From the NCBI GenBank assembly GCA_964016885.1, contig OZ024742.1, positions 72,416,001 to 72,480,000 on the forward strand: DNA of 64,000 nucleotides, in the 5' to 3' direction. Each line of letters starts with the position of its first letter. Position 1 is the stretch's first letter. Origin of the DNA: Eledone cirrhosa. Its lineage: Eukaryota. The notes beneath the pieces are model-generated. The model was not told where the DNA came from, did no database searches, and saw only the letters and a list, made by a program, of their open reading frames with translations. The translations under genes and the position numbers were made by a program. Positions 34,353 to 47,400 of this stretch are shown here, in pieces.

Positions 34353-36949
34353 ATGGATTGATTTCTGCTGAAAAATCATGAATGAAGAGTGGTATTCTAG
34401 ACTGTTACAGATCTGGGAGATGAGACACAGTAATTGTAATGTAAGAGGCCTTGGTATGGCTCAGGGTTGTCGCCAGGCATTAGTGCTTGGCAGGGCTTCA
34501 GATATTCTGGATGAGCATGCAAATTCTCCGGGGAATACTTCAACCAGTTTCTTTTGTTAATTCTTTTGTTTTTGTTTTATTGAAAGTTATTTTTGTTCTT
34601 TGTTATTGTTTTGAGAAGAAAAGTTAGTAAAGTGAAGACTTCAAAGAACTTATTCCAGGACATTTTTTTAATAAACTCTATTTTCTAAATCTGAGACTGT
34701 ACCATTGAAAAGAAAGGGATTGTTTTGCAGTGTCTCCCCCCTCTCCTTGACAGGCTTGATATGGTTTTAAACTGCATCCAGTGTCAGGATCTAGGGTTGG
34801 GAAACCCAAGATAATGAGAAGAGTGGAGTTATTTTCATAGCTGACACTACTCCCAGGTTTGTTTTGATCCAGAACATTAACATATGCAAGGGTTTCAAAG
34901 TAAACTATAGCATAGAGTCCAGGATTAGGCAGTAATGATCCAGTAGTATATCATGAAATTGAGTATGTAACTTGTCAATATATGGTATACAATGAATTAA
35001 GCCAGACAAGCCAAAAGCCAATGGCTAACACATTGCATGATTGGGAAGAAGGTTTCATTAGTCAGGGAGGACATTCTTCTAAGATGAGATATGTTGATAA
35101 AAATGTCAGACTGAGTGTGTGTCAACATGACTGGTCAGTTGTACCACAAAAACCTTTAATAACCTTTAATCTTACAGGAAGGAATGGAAAGGGCTCAAAG
35201 AGGGTGATGTCCAGCAGTTGACTGCTATATCTTATTGAAGATAAAGCATAATGAAAGCATGAGGGCAAACTCTGTCATGTGATGTGGAGTAAAGAGGTGT
35301 ATGACTGTCTAGTTCAGGGGAGCATAAATTATCCAAGAGATCATAAATTAGGGTAGAAATAGAAGAAGCACAGTGAGGAAATTGACATCGATATTAGTGA
35401 GTGTCAAGTGTTGGTGATCAAGTCATTGCCATTACAGAAACTAAAAAAATTAAAAATTAAAAAACAGTCTTCCATTAGAAAAGAGGAATCAATTATCAGA
35501 TTGGATCAAAGAAACTCCATTTTGATTGTTTTTTCCATTGCTGATACTATCTGTCAGTCACAACTCCTGGCAGAAAGAGACAGGATTTGGACTCAGGAGA
35601 CACAGAACCAGATCAGATGTCACAAAGCACCCCCCAGACCTGATGCTTTAATAATTCAACCAATCCACCATCGCTGGACTACCAATTTTATTTATTGACC
35701 CTTCAAGAATGAAAGGCAAAATCAGCCTCAGTGAGATTTGAGCTTAGGGTACCGAGAACTGGAACAAATAATCTGATTAGTTTGATGCTCTCACTACTCC
35801 ACCAATTTTCTGTCTAAATATATTAAACAGAGAAGAAATACATCTGCCCTGGATAGTGCACTAGATTTTTGCTTGTAACATACTCCTGATGATTTGGTTA
35901 GAGGCAATGTACAATAATATGTTCTACTCAGAAACAGTGAAGGTGCCTGGCTCAGTAGTTAAGTTGTTTGGCTCACAATCATAAGGTCATAATTTTAACT
36001 CTTAGTGGCACATAATGTCCTTGAGTAAAGCACTTTATTTCTCCAGTCCACTCTGCTGGAAAAGATGAGTTGTACCAGTAACTCAAAAGGCTAAGCATGT
36101 CACACACTGTTATGTAGAATGATCCTGAGAATTTCATTAAGAGTACATCTGTCAGTATAATGCTCAACCACTTACATGTTAATTTTATGAATTGGTTGCT
36201 CCATTGATCAAACAACTGAAACACCAGTTGGTAGCTAACCTCGATGAACTTGATCAGTGCAACTCCTTTGTGGTCTGAAGCCTTAGGTAGGGTTGGTCCT
36301 ACTAAAGGGCCAAGCGTAACCAAGAGGAGCTATTCAAATAGCTTGTAAGAAGTACAGAAGAAAGAGATTGGCTGGTAGCTTGCAGGATCGTCTGCAGGTT
36401 TCAGGATGGCAATGACCTTGGCGAGTACCAGTTTAGTACTTAGGTCGATTCTTCCCCTAACTCTCTCTCTCTTTCTCTTTTTCTGGAAGAAATTGGCTGA
36501 GGAGGGAGGGATGGACAAAAGCATGCCATATGTTACTACAGGGCTCCCAAGATTCCATCAAGAGTTAAGGTCTCTGGACAGCGTAGATGGTCCTGAATGT
36601 TATTTATTTTATGGACATCAGTGTTATTTGAACTCAGACACCAAATGACATAACTAATTGGTGCCTCACATTTTATTTGTAGATGTAACGATTATGTCAT
36701 CCAGCCCGGAAAAGTAAGGATTTTTTAACATCTTCAGAAGACAACGCATTTTTGGGGTGGGGGGGTTATTGTCGATTAAATCGACTCCAGAAAGAATAAA
36801 TGGCGAAGTCGACTTCCATTGAAATTTCAACCCAGAACGGGAAGAGACAACTTAATACAGTAAGACATTTAGTCTGATGCTCTACTGGTTAATAGAAGAA
36901 AAAAAAAAAAAGATACTGTTAAGAGATGGTGTCGGTATGAAGGCATCAT

Positions 36950-36997
36950 GAGTTACCCGCCCCTTGCTCTCAATGAGACAACACGTGCGAGACAAAC
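36950..36997 (+). promoter_or_regulatory. DOHH proximal promoter/5' leader motifs
   Basis: GC box CCCGCCCC at 36956-63, E-box CACGTG at 36982-87, and YY1/Kozak-like AACATGGC over the start codon. Confidence 0.45.
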
Positions 36998-37292
36998 ATG
37001 GCAGCCATTGAAAGAATGCGAAATTCCAACGATTCCATATCACAAATCGCCTCCGTACTTCGTGATCAGAACCAACCGCTGACAGAACGATTTCGTGCTT
37101 TGTTCACTCTTCGCAACCTTGGTGGAAAGAAAGCCATTAATGCAATTGCAGGTACTTTCACTGATTCTTCGGCACTATTGAAACATGAACTGGCTTACTG
37201 TCTTGGTCAAATGCAGGACGATTACGCTGTTTCGATCCTTACAGAAGTACTGGAAGATGAAAATCAAGAAATAATTGTGCGGCACGAAGCAG
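36998..37292 (+). CDS. DOHH: Deoxyhypusine hydroxylase, coding exon 1
   Basis: RFRALFTLRNLGG...DSSALLKHELAYCLGQM...VRHEAG (HEAT repeats with HE iron-binding motifs); phase-1 donor G|GTGAG at 37293. Confidence 0.96.
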
Positions 37293-37384
37293 GTGAGCTT
37301 TTATCCTATTGCCCCTATGCCCACTTTTAAAACTAAAAAAAAAAACAAAAAAAAAAAAAAACAACAAAAAAAACCCTGAGAAAA

Positions 37385-37440
<56 letters not shown>

Positions 37441-38263
37441 TTTTCATACATACACACACACATATGTGTGTGTACAGAAAAATCATTTTTGCATGAGGTT
37501 ATTCCTATAAGATAGGTAGAATATAGGTTATTTCACTGTTATGAGCAATGGCAGTAAAAAAGTTAACGTGTGTGTGTGTACATATATATATTTATATATA
37601 TATACATACACATATATATATACACAAGTAAATTACATATGGATATGGATTTAAAGAAAATATCGGTCTATGTACATGTTTATATGTGTAAAGTTAGGAA
37701 TTGTCAGATACGTAAATAAATATACACACGTACGCACAAATCAGGAACTGATTTTATGCATCCAAATTTTACACCCTGTCTATTTAAGATTTCCTTCTAC
37801 TGTTTACGCTTGTTCTTCGACACCCATTTATACAAACTAACACACACATATATATGTACATGCCTGTATATTTGATTAAGCGAAAACTAACGTTGTCATT
37901 AAGAAATCTTCAGCTATTTTAACTGGTATTTTTTCAATACATTTAAAGCAACATATATAAACGTACACAAACACCCATATGTATGTATGTAATCTTATTA
38001 GAATAAAAACAACTATATAATTATATATATGTCGTATCTTGGTGATTGATACTCGAGATTTGCGGTTGGCTCGGCGAAACTTGAGTGCCAGTCAACGATG
38101 ATGCGTATGACATATAATAAACACGACTCTGCTACATGTATCTTGTCGCCCCATCATTAGATGTATTTTATTACAGTTATACTTGTAAATCTACAACATA
38201 AGCATATATATATAGTTAATAAATATCTCTCGCATATATATAATATATATATATATATATTAT

Positions 38264-38410
38264 TTAAATTACTAGAGTTCTTAATGGAATTATGTTTATT
38301 CATTCAAATTTGGCTTCATGCTCACAATAATTTCTATACTTTCATTTATATATATATATATTATATTTGAATGAATAAACATAATTCAATTAAGAACTCT
38401 AGTAATTTAA
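38264..38410. repeat. 46-bp inverted repeat, probably a Penelope-like terminus
   Basis: Arms at 38264-38309 and 38365-38410 with one mismatch; degenerate hammerhead-like CTCGGCGAAAC nearby at ~38070. Confidence 0.75.
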
Positions 38411-41400
38411 GTAATTTACACCCAAACGGAATCTCCATTGAAGACACAAATATTTCTGATAAAAACAATAATAGATGAAGTTCCCTAGTTTACACATAAA
38501 AAAAAAATAGTTTGATTTGTCGCCATTGCTTCTACCTAATTCAGCGATTTTCTTAATATATAAGCTTGTTTTGGTTTTATGTGTGTGAGGTGGGGGGGGG
38601 GGGGGGGTGTATAGGACTACCTAGCCCGTTAGCTCACACACACTTGCAAACAAAAAATAGACTTATGCCTGTTAGAGATCATTATTATTGTTATTAAAAT
38701 AAAGTACCAGTAACGCACTGGGGTCAATTTAGTCGAGTTCCCCCTCCCTTCAAATTGCTGTCCTTGTGCCAAAAGTAGAAATAAATATTGTTATGGTTAA
38801 TATTATACATGTTGGAAGGTTGAAGAATTATATGCTATTATGGTTGTTCTTTCCTTTAAACTGAAAGCTAATATGTATTTGACAGGGAAAGAGGATTTTA
38901 GTACGTAACATACTCATACGGATAATTTTTTTTATCGCCTCCGTACTGTTTTAAACCCCAAACAACAATATTAGGTAATCTTCAAGTTTCAGATCCTTCC
39001 GAAACCTTTGGGAACTTAAGACACACCTACAAGTGATAAATGTATATGTGAATATGTTTCCTTCGAAACGAAATTTAATCAGTGTGAATCATGACGTGGG
39101 GAGAGGGAAAGAGTGAGATGGGGTGGGGGACTAAGCCTCTCTTTCTATCTAACCAAACAATAACATTTAGGACCCCAAATTTAAATAAGCGAATCGAACC
39201 CAATAACAGCTCCGGATAATAACGAATTTAATCGGGAGATTACTAGAACGCAACCGATAAAATAAAAATGTATTTTCTTAAGGAAAGTAATAACGTGAAT
39301 TTACAAACAATAATAATACTTTAACAGGAAAAAAAATAATTTTAATTGAAAAAAAAGCATTTACGCATGACGGAGTTGTACTTATTAGACAAGTGAGTGA
39401 TTTAAACTACGATTGAATTGTGTCAATGACAAGGAATATTTGAACACAGTATAATATATAATCGTAGCACATTTCTTTTATTAGTTTGATCTAGAGAAAG
39501 AGGCAGTGACCATGGCTTTCGCATCCTAAGAGTCTAGTGTTACGTTTAAACTGTTGTAATGCGGACGGCGGCAGTGAATACGTGTTTAGAGAAGGCATTC
39601 CAGATGGCCGACATCCTGTGGCGGAGGGACTGGATGTAGTGATTTATACAGGGTCTAGTGTAGTGAGTGGATTCATTGTATGTATGAACTTGTAATTCCT
39701 GCTTGAAGTCGTCATGACTGCGTGTCTTGGGCTCTTGAAATCTGATGGAATCCCCTTCTCCAGGATGGAAAAACAACTGATTTTTTTCAGCGAGATTGAA
39801 AAGAAATATAGAGGAAAAAATCGATCCCAAGATTGGACTGGTTCTTTTTTATTGACTTCAGAAGGATGAAAAACAAAGTTCACTATGGTGGGATTTGAAT
39901 TTAGAGAGTTCAAAGAGCCAGAATGAATACTGCAAAATATTCTAACAACTGCCAATCTGCCACACAGTGGATACAATACGGGTGATTAAAGGAGGGAAGT
40001 CGGAGTGGTCATAATGTGTGTGATAAGTAGCAGTGGCTAGATGCCGGTCAGCTAAGAAGATTAGAGTGAGTTCTTTTTGGCAATAGAAAGGTCTGAAGAG
40101 AAAGAAGACAGCAGTTGAGTGGTCTCTTTCTGGATATGACCTAAGATGTATCATCCCAAATGCAGGAGCAATACTTCATTGTAGGTCTCATTTGAGCTCT
40201 GTAGAAGATTAATACCAAATATACTCTTGTAAATGTTGAATTTTTTAAGGTTGACTATTACATGGATACTACTTTTGAGGATACTATTACTTGAAATTCA
40301 TGCTAGAATCCAAAGTAGCAGAAGCCCAACTAATCTCTAAACAAATAAAAAAAACAATGAATTAATTAATATTACCAATTATATGTATCAAAATACATGT
40401 CCTAATACATAACAAATCCATAAACAAGGCCGCATAGCTCTTATAAATATTTACACTTGCTCTTTTATTCATATCCATCAAACTTTGGCACACGTTTGGA
40501 TAATTTTTTAGTTTCAGATACATATTTACAATAATATAAATTTGCCTTAATTCATGATGATTTTGTAACAGTGTTATTTCTACATACAGGGTGATACCTT
40601 GACCCACAAATGTTGACCGTGAAATACTAGGGTCAACTTTTATACGAGGTCTATGGAAAATTCTATATTTTTTTTGCCAAAAATAGCCGTTCAACTTTTA
40701 CATGCGATCAACTATTACTCGAGTATATAACAGTAATTGTTGGAGGGACTTAGTATTTTCTGTCTCTGAAGAGAAAGGCTAGACTTTTGAGATAAAGACT
40801 TTGCTGTGTTAAGGATATGAATTTGTTGAGAAATCCACCGATAATGGTGAAATGATCATAAGAGTTGCTTGATGTTCATGTTTAGCCCTTTTGTTACCTT
40901 ATTTTTAATGAAGCGCTGCCTATTTTCAAAGAATTTAGAAGGGTTTAGTAATATAATTAACTTTCTCAATATTAAGCTGGTGTTTGGCACATAAGGTTCT
41001 TACATGAAATTACGATCAACATTTTTTAGATAAGTATAAAAACTTTAAAATAAATAGTTTTGTATTGTAGAATTAGGGATGGTTTCAAGCAGTGGTGTCA
41101 AAAGGATGTGCATTTGCCAGAAGTGATTGCAGTTGTATTATTGTCATGTTCTTATGCTAGACAGATCAGATGACTGTGTCTTGCTAGACAGATCCAATGA
41201 CTGTTGTTTGCTCATATGTTCCATTTGTGCATAGTTTCTACAGCTGGATGCCCTTCTTAATGCCAACCACTTCACGGCATGTACTGGGTGTGTTCTATCA
41301 TGGCACCAATACTACCACCTGACCGTGTGTGCTTGGTACATTTTATCACGACACCAGCACTACTACTTTACAGAATGTGGGCTGAGTGCATTTTATTGTG

Positions 41401-42144
41401 ACACCAGCACTACCCCATTTCAACACAAGTGCACCTTTGTCTCTTGCCAAGTTGGGAGTTGGGGGATGAGGAAGAGAGTGGTGACCTTAAGGTAAGTGAA
41501 TGCCATCTAGTGGTATTGTGGAGTGGTATGTATAGTGACTGATTTATGTTGTAGGAGACATGACTGGTATAAAACAAAAGAGAGTATAGCTGTATGTATG
41601 TTTGTTTTAACTCTTTTTATATCAAACCACCATAAACCTCCCCTGGTTCTGTGATACAAGGGCATTTGTTTTAAAGTTTTTAAAGTTATGCTCCAAACAC
41701 CAGCTTAATAATGAGAAATTCACTTATATTACTAAATCCATCCAAATTTATTATTTTTCAAAATGATTTAAAAATCATAAGTTGTGTTTTTGTTAATAAG
41801 AAATATTGCAACAAAAGGATTAGAATATCAATCAAGAATCTTCAATGATTTAGTCATTAAGCTTTTTGATACTAACTTGTCTATGACTGCCCTGGTTCTA
41901 CAATAAAAGAAAAACTCCATACTACAGTGTATTTATATAAATTATAAATTTCCATTATAATTTTATAAGGGCCTTTTTTTCATTATGTTCCAAAAACCTG
42001 TTTAATATTAACTGAAGGGTTAATTTATATTTTAAAATATCTTAATTATTTAGATATTTTCAGATATTCAGGTCTTTAATTGTCTCTATTAGGAAGTTCA
42101 GCTTCTTAAGCTGTATGTGTGTGTATATATATATATATATACAC

Positions 42145-42340
42145 ACAAAATTTGGTTGAATTCACATTTTCATTTGTTGAATATGTGTGTTTCGCTGGGG
42201 AAATTGTTATTTCGGCAGCTTGTTCAATATAACTTTAATCCATAACATATATGTCCAACTGATGAGCTGCTGAAATTACAACTTACCCAGTGACATGTGC
42301 ATATTCAACAGATGAAAACGTGAATTCAACCAAATTTTGT
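42145..42340. repeat. Inverted pair of Penelope-type terminal repeats with degenerate hammerheads
   Basis: ~75-bp arms. The right arm keeps CTGATGA-GCTG (42259); the left arm (minus strand) keeps CAGC-GAAAC and stem I TTGAA/TTCAA. Confidence 0.7.
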
Positions 42341-44269
42341 ATATTACAACTCGTCTCTCGGACTGAGTGCTCTGCCAACATTGGATATAAAATCGTCATC
42401 ATCATCGTTTAATGTCCATTTTCCATGCTAGCATGGGTTAGACAAGCTGTCCCATTGTGAGAACCAGCTTGAGGGACCGTGTTTTGCTCACACAGAACTG
42501 CTTTTGGCTTGGTTTCTACAGCTAGATGCCCTTCCTAATACCAACCACATTTACAGTGTGTACTGTGTGCTTCTTATCATGACTCCTACACGACCACTTT
42601 ACAGTGTGCTGTGCACTTTTTGTCATGTCTCCAACACGACCACCTTACAGTGTGGGCTTGGTACTTTTTGTTGTGACACCTACACGGCCACTTTACTTCG
42701 CCACGTTAAATATATATCATCATCATCACCGTTTTACGTCTGTTCTTCCATGCTACCATGGGTTAGACGGGTTGTCCTGTTGTGGGCAATGCCTGGTCGG
42801 CTGACCTTGTCTTGCTCATATGGGAACTGATTCTGGCTTGATTTCTACAGCTGGATGCCCTTCCTAACACCAACCTCATTTACAGTGAGTGCTGGGTGCT
42901 TTTTTCCCGTGGCGCCTACACATCTTTGCAGTGGAATGATAGGGACCCCAGTCCCTATCATCTCATTTCTACAGCTGAGTAAACTGGAGCAATGTGAAAT
43001 AAAGTGCCTTGCTCAAGGAAACAACACATCACCCGGTCTGAGAATTGAACTCACAACCTTTCGATTGTAAGGCCAATGCTCTAACCACTAAGCCATGCGC
43101 CTTCACATATATATTTGTAGAAGCACCAACATCATAGCATGCTTCATAATAGAGGTGTTTATGTATAATGGACATACATACGTCTCACTATGAGTATTTT
43201 ATACTGTGATCATGTCACAGCTACCTCAGTAGCCATGTGACAATGCCACACACCAGTGGTTCAGAATTTTTATCTATCTTCAGTGATATTTACTCGGTAC
43301 TGAGGCAATATAAGCTATAGTTTATATATATTGTGTATATGGCACACCAAAGGAGATGTTCATTTGCGTATAGTGTGGGCTTAATGGGCTGGTATTAACA
43401 GTAGCCCTAATTTAGCATGATTTATAATTGAGACATATATGAATGCATATATAATATATTTATGTATAAACTCATACATAAGTCTTACTATGAGAATTTT
43501 AAGCTGTGATCATGTCAGATGTTTGTGAAATGAACTCTGTTACCACACAACCATCCTTGTTTCACCATTATCATCATCATCATCGTTTTTATGTCCATGT
43601 TTCTATGTTGATGACTTGAGTTGGTCAGGCCATTTTGAGGCATTGTTTCTTGATGCCAATCTTTATAGTCATCTCTTATGGTGTATACCTATTCTCCCAC
43701 ACATTATATGGGATGGAGCAGCTGCTGCACACAAACTTTCTAGAGCACATTGTGAAGGGAGGTAATCCAACTAATTAACAAACCTTCTCGAACAAACTGA
43801 TGTAATCCTGCTACAACAGTTCCTGCTTATCTGAACTAGCTAGCTGTTTACTATAACCACCTCCTCAGTCACCTATCTCTCTTGTCACTCCTACTATATA
43901 TCACCCCAATACCTTCACATACACCTCTACATCACTCTGGAACTGTTTCCTGTAAAGATAACCAACCAGATCAAGATTAAGGTGAACATCAATCATACTT
44001 GGTATGGGAGTGCCTGCCTGTGAAGACTATGGGCACTACACCCTCTCCCCCTCTGCACTAAAATGTCAAGCACAACAAAAATTTATTAAAATGTCTTGTC
44101 TGATTATGATAGACATGTCACCACTCCCTCCCAACTTCATGTCTAATTCTATCACCCATACCCCAACCCTCAACTACTATTTAGTCACTAAACTGCTAAT
44201 TCATTTTCTTTTCTTTTTTAGTTTCTTTGAATGACTATCTATTTCTTCATTTATCTCTGACATTTATAT

Positions 44270-44453
44270 GATTTACTCTTTTACATGTTCCAGCTATTCG
44301 GCTGAGGCCATGCTGGGGCACCACCTTTGTAACTAATGCTTAACAGCACCTAGGGTTCCCAAGCGGTCACCCATCTAAGTACTAACTAGCCTCGACGTTG
44401 CTTAACTTCAGTGATCGGACGAGAACCGGTGTTTTCAGCGTGATATGGCCGTA
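44270..44453 (-). mobile_element. 5S rRNA-headed SINE (SINE3-type) or 5S retro-pseudogene
   Basis: 44453-44335 is a nearly complete 5S rRNA (TACGGCCATATCACG...CTCGTCCGATCACTGAAGTTAAGC...AGTACTTAGATGGGTGACCGCTTGGGAA). There is no oligo-T terminator; it continues into GGTGGTGCCCCAGCATGGCC...GTAAAAGAGTAAA. Confidence 0.75.
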
Positions 44454-44488
44454 TATATATATATATATATATATTTGTGTGTGCATAT

Positions 44489-47400
44489 ATCATCATCATC
44501 ATCATCATCAACGTTTAACGTCCGTGTTCCACGCTTGCATGGGTTTGGACGGGGGTAGTCCCACTTGAGGCAAGAGTGATTTGTCTTGCTCGCATAGGAC
44601 TGTCTGGCAGGTTTTCTACAGTTGGATGCCCTTCCTAACACCAACCACATTTACAGTGTGGGTCTGGGAGGTTTTTACCGTGTTGCCTACACGGCCACAT
44701 TACAGCGTGGACTGTGTGTTTTTTTGTCGTGACACCTACACGATCTCATTTGTTTCGGCCTGGATGGCGCGGCACCAACATAACTTTACATAGAACGGGG
44801 TGGTGTGGATGGGGTGGGGGTGGCGGCGGGAGGGGTGTATTTTGTTAGAGATGCCTACTGGCAAGGCGGGTCTTCTCTGTTACTGAGTACCGCCAAAGGT
44901 CACGGTCCAGTGACATTGTCTTGGAGAGGTGTAAGTGTGTGAGGTCGGAGTTTATCAGCTCGTCCCATGTTTTTCTAGGTCTGCCTATTCCGTGGCTACC
45001 GTCTATCTTTATTGCCCTGCACTTTGTAATACAGCTATCGACTTTCATGCGCATCACGTGTCCATACCAACGCAGCCTTCTCTCGAGTAAACAACATCTG
45101 ATCCCTCTTATCTCTAATATTTTCCTTAGTTCGTTTATGCTTTGCCGTTCACGTATATTACTGTTACACATCCAGCGGAGCATGCAAGCTTCGTTCCTCT
45201 CTAGTCTGCGTATATCCTCTGCACACAATGCCCAGGTCTCACTACCATGCAACATTGCTGTTCGTATGCAGGCATCGTACAACCTGCCTTTCATTTTTAG
45301 GGAGAACCCTTTAGCAGCTAATAGTGGTATAAGCTCTCTGAACTTTTTCCAACCAGTTCTGACTCTAGCTACAGTACTTTCAGAGCACCCTCCCCCACTG
45401 CTGATTTTATCGCCCAGGTAACGGAAGCTGTCCACTATTTCTATAAAACCCTCTGCGCAATTGAAAGAGCTAGTATTTTGTGGGCACTTGCTGCTACTTA
45501 TTGCACCAGAACACCGGCCACATGTAAAGTCTATGTTCTTAGTTAGCTTACCTGTGATCCCACTACATCTTTTATGCACCCATACTTTGCATTTAGGACA
45601 TAAGATGGAGTTTCTACCTACGCCTTTCCTACATACCGAGCACGACCATTTCCCAGAAGGGACCGCCGCCTTGTTTTCTTTCCTACAAACTAGAACTTTG
45701 GTCTTAGCCAGGTTAATTTTAAGTCCTTTTGACTCTAGGCCGTGCTTCCATGTTTGGAATTTCTTCTCTAGCTCGGCCATTGATTCCGCTATGAGTGTCA
45801 GGTCGTCTGCGTATAGGAGTTCCCATGGGCAGCCTGTCTTGAACTCCTCTGTTATAGCCTGAAGGGCAATAATAAATAGTAGGGGGCTGAGAACAGAGCC
45901 CTGATGGACGCCAACTTTTACGCTAAACTCTTCACTATATTCGTTGTTAATTCTAACCTTGCTGACTGTTTCTTTATACATGGCTTGTATAGCCCTCACA
46001 AGCCATTCGTCAACGCCTAGTTTTCTAAGAGCCCACCAGATAATGGAGCGGGGGACTCTGTCGAAGGCTTTCTCCAGGTCGACAAAAGCTAAGTAGAGGG
46101 GTTTACCTTTAGCTAGGTACTTCTCCTGTAGTTGTCGTACTATGAAAAGAGCGTCTGTGGTGCTTTTGCCTGACACAAACCCGAACTGCATTTCATCTAG
46201 ATCAATTCTCTCTCTGATTAGTTGCGCTATTACTTTTTCCGTGACCTTCATGACCTGGTCGATTAATTTAATGCCTCTATAGTTACTCCTATCTAGGGCG
46301 TCTCCTTTACCCTTATAACAGTTAACGATGATGCTGCTATGCCAGTCCTTCGGAACAACCCCATTCTGTACGACTTGGTTAACTATGCGGGTGACCATGG
46401 TGTGTCCCACCGTGCCAGATGCCTTCAGCATCTCAGCAACTATTTCCGAAGGCCCAGCCGCCTTACCAGTCTTCATATCCTTGATTGCCTTACTTATTAT
46501 ACTCCCCTCGACTAACACTGCTGGTCCCTCTATCGGGTCGATATGGGGGAGACTGTCTTTCTCCCATTTATTCTCCTCATTTAGTAGCCTTTCATAGTGA
46601 CACTTCCAAGCTACCTTCTTATCAGTGTCGGTGATGGCAAGTATGCCATCATCGTTAAGTACACACTTCTCCCCGACAATATCACGGTTTTCCTTGACGC
46701 ATTGCCTGGCAATCCTGAACACCTCACGTTTTTGGTCATCGCGTTGTAGAACATGCTTGAACTTTCTTTCCTCAGCTTCCCTTCTTGCTAAGTACACTTC
46801 TCTCCTAGCTTCCCTCCTGGCCACTTGATAGTCTACTCTACTTCCCCCGTCCCGCCATACTTTCCAAGCCTGCTTTTTGGCCTTAATTGACCCCTCCACC
46901 TTACTGTTCCACCACCATGTTACTCTCCTCCTGCCTACAGGCCTGCTCCAGCCACAGACTTCGTCTGTCGCCAACAGCAGGTTAGCTTTCAGAAATTTCC
47001 ACTGTCCCTCTATATTGTCCGATTCTAGATGCTCTTCCTTACTGTCGAAAGCATCAAGTAATATGCTTTGAAATTTATTTCTGGCTGTGGGGTCTTTTAG
47101 TTTCCATATTTTCCTCCTGAGGATAGTCCTCTTCTGCTGTCGGGTGCGTCTCGTCCTGACTATGAGGTCGCTAATTATCAGTCTATGTTGGGAGGTGCAT
47201 TCTTCATGGGGGAGGGATTTAGTGTTTACAACAGACACTCTGTCACGTCTTCTGGTAAGGATATAATCTACCTGGCTTGTGTGTTCCCCGGATCTATAGG
47301 TAATCAGGTGATTGTCACGTTTTTTGAAGTTAGTGTTACAGATAGTTAGGTTATTTGCATCACAGTATTCCAGAATTCTGGAGCCTTCCTCATTTCTAGT

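Larger units (their letters stand above)
18567..34700 (+). ncRNA. Candidate spliced lncRNA / snoRNA host gene
   Basis: Short AG/GT-bounded unique segments: donor 18834, acceptor 22639, 23806-23844, 28281-28349, 34176-34222, 34411-34440. No consistent long ORF; intronic hairpin-ACA structures; AATAAA near 34670. Confidence 0.4.

Noticed and set aside
34321-34377. C/D snoRNA (TGATGA...CTGA)
   Set aside because: Only ~47 nt from box C to box D, no recognisable antisense element, and it overlaps the H/ACA candidate.
34441-34880. Telomerase RNA, 7SK or RNase P/MRP RNA
   Set aside because: No CCCUAA template in a suitable position, no RNase P/MRP conserved regions, and internal T-runs are incompatible with Pol III 7SK.
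37293-37515. DOHH ORF extension and overlapping YI-repeat ORFs
   Set aside because: Read-through into the intron past the GT donor; (TA)n and poly-A artefacts.
39545-39735. Host gene exon
   Set aside because: No splice context or clear family; looks like a degraded TE endonuclease remnant but is too weak to call.
44335-44453. Functional 5S rRNA gene
   Set aside because: The 5' bases are replaced by (TA)n, there is no oligo-T terminator, the copy is solitary and it carries a retro-type tail; treated as a SINE/pseudogene.
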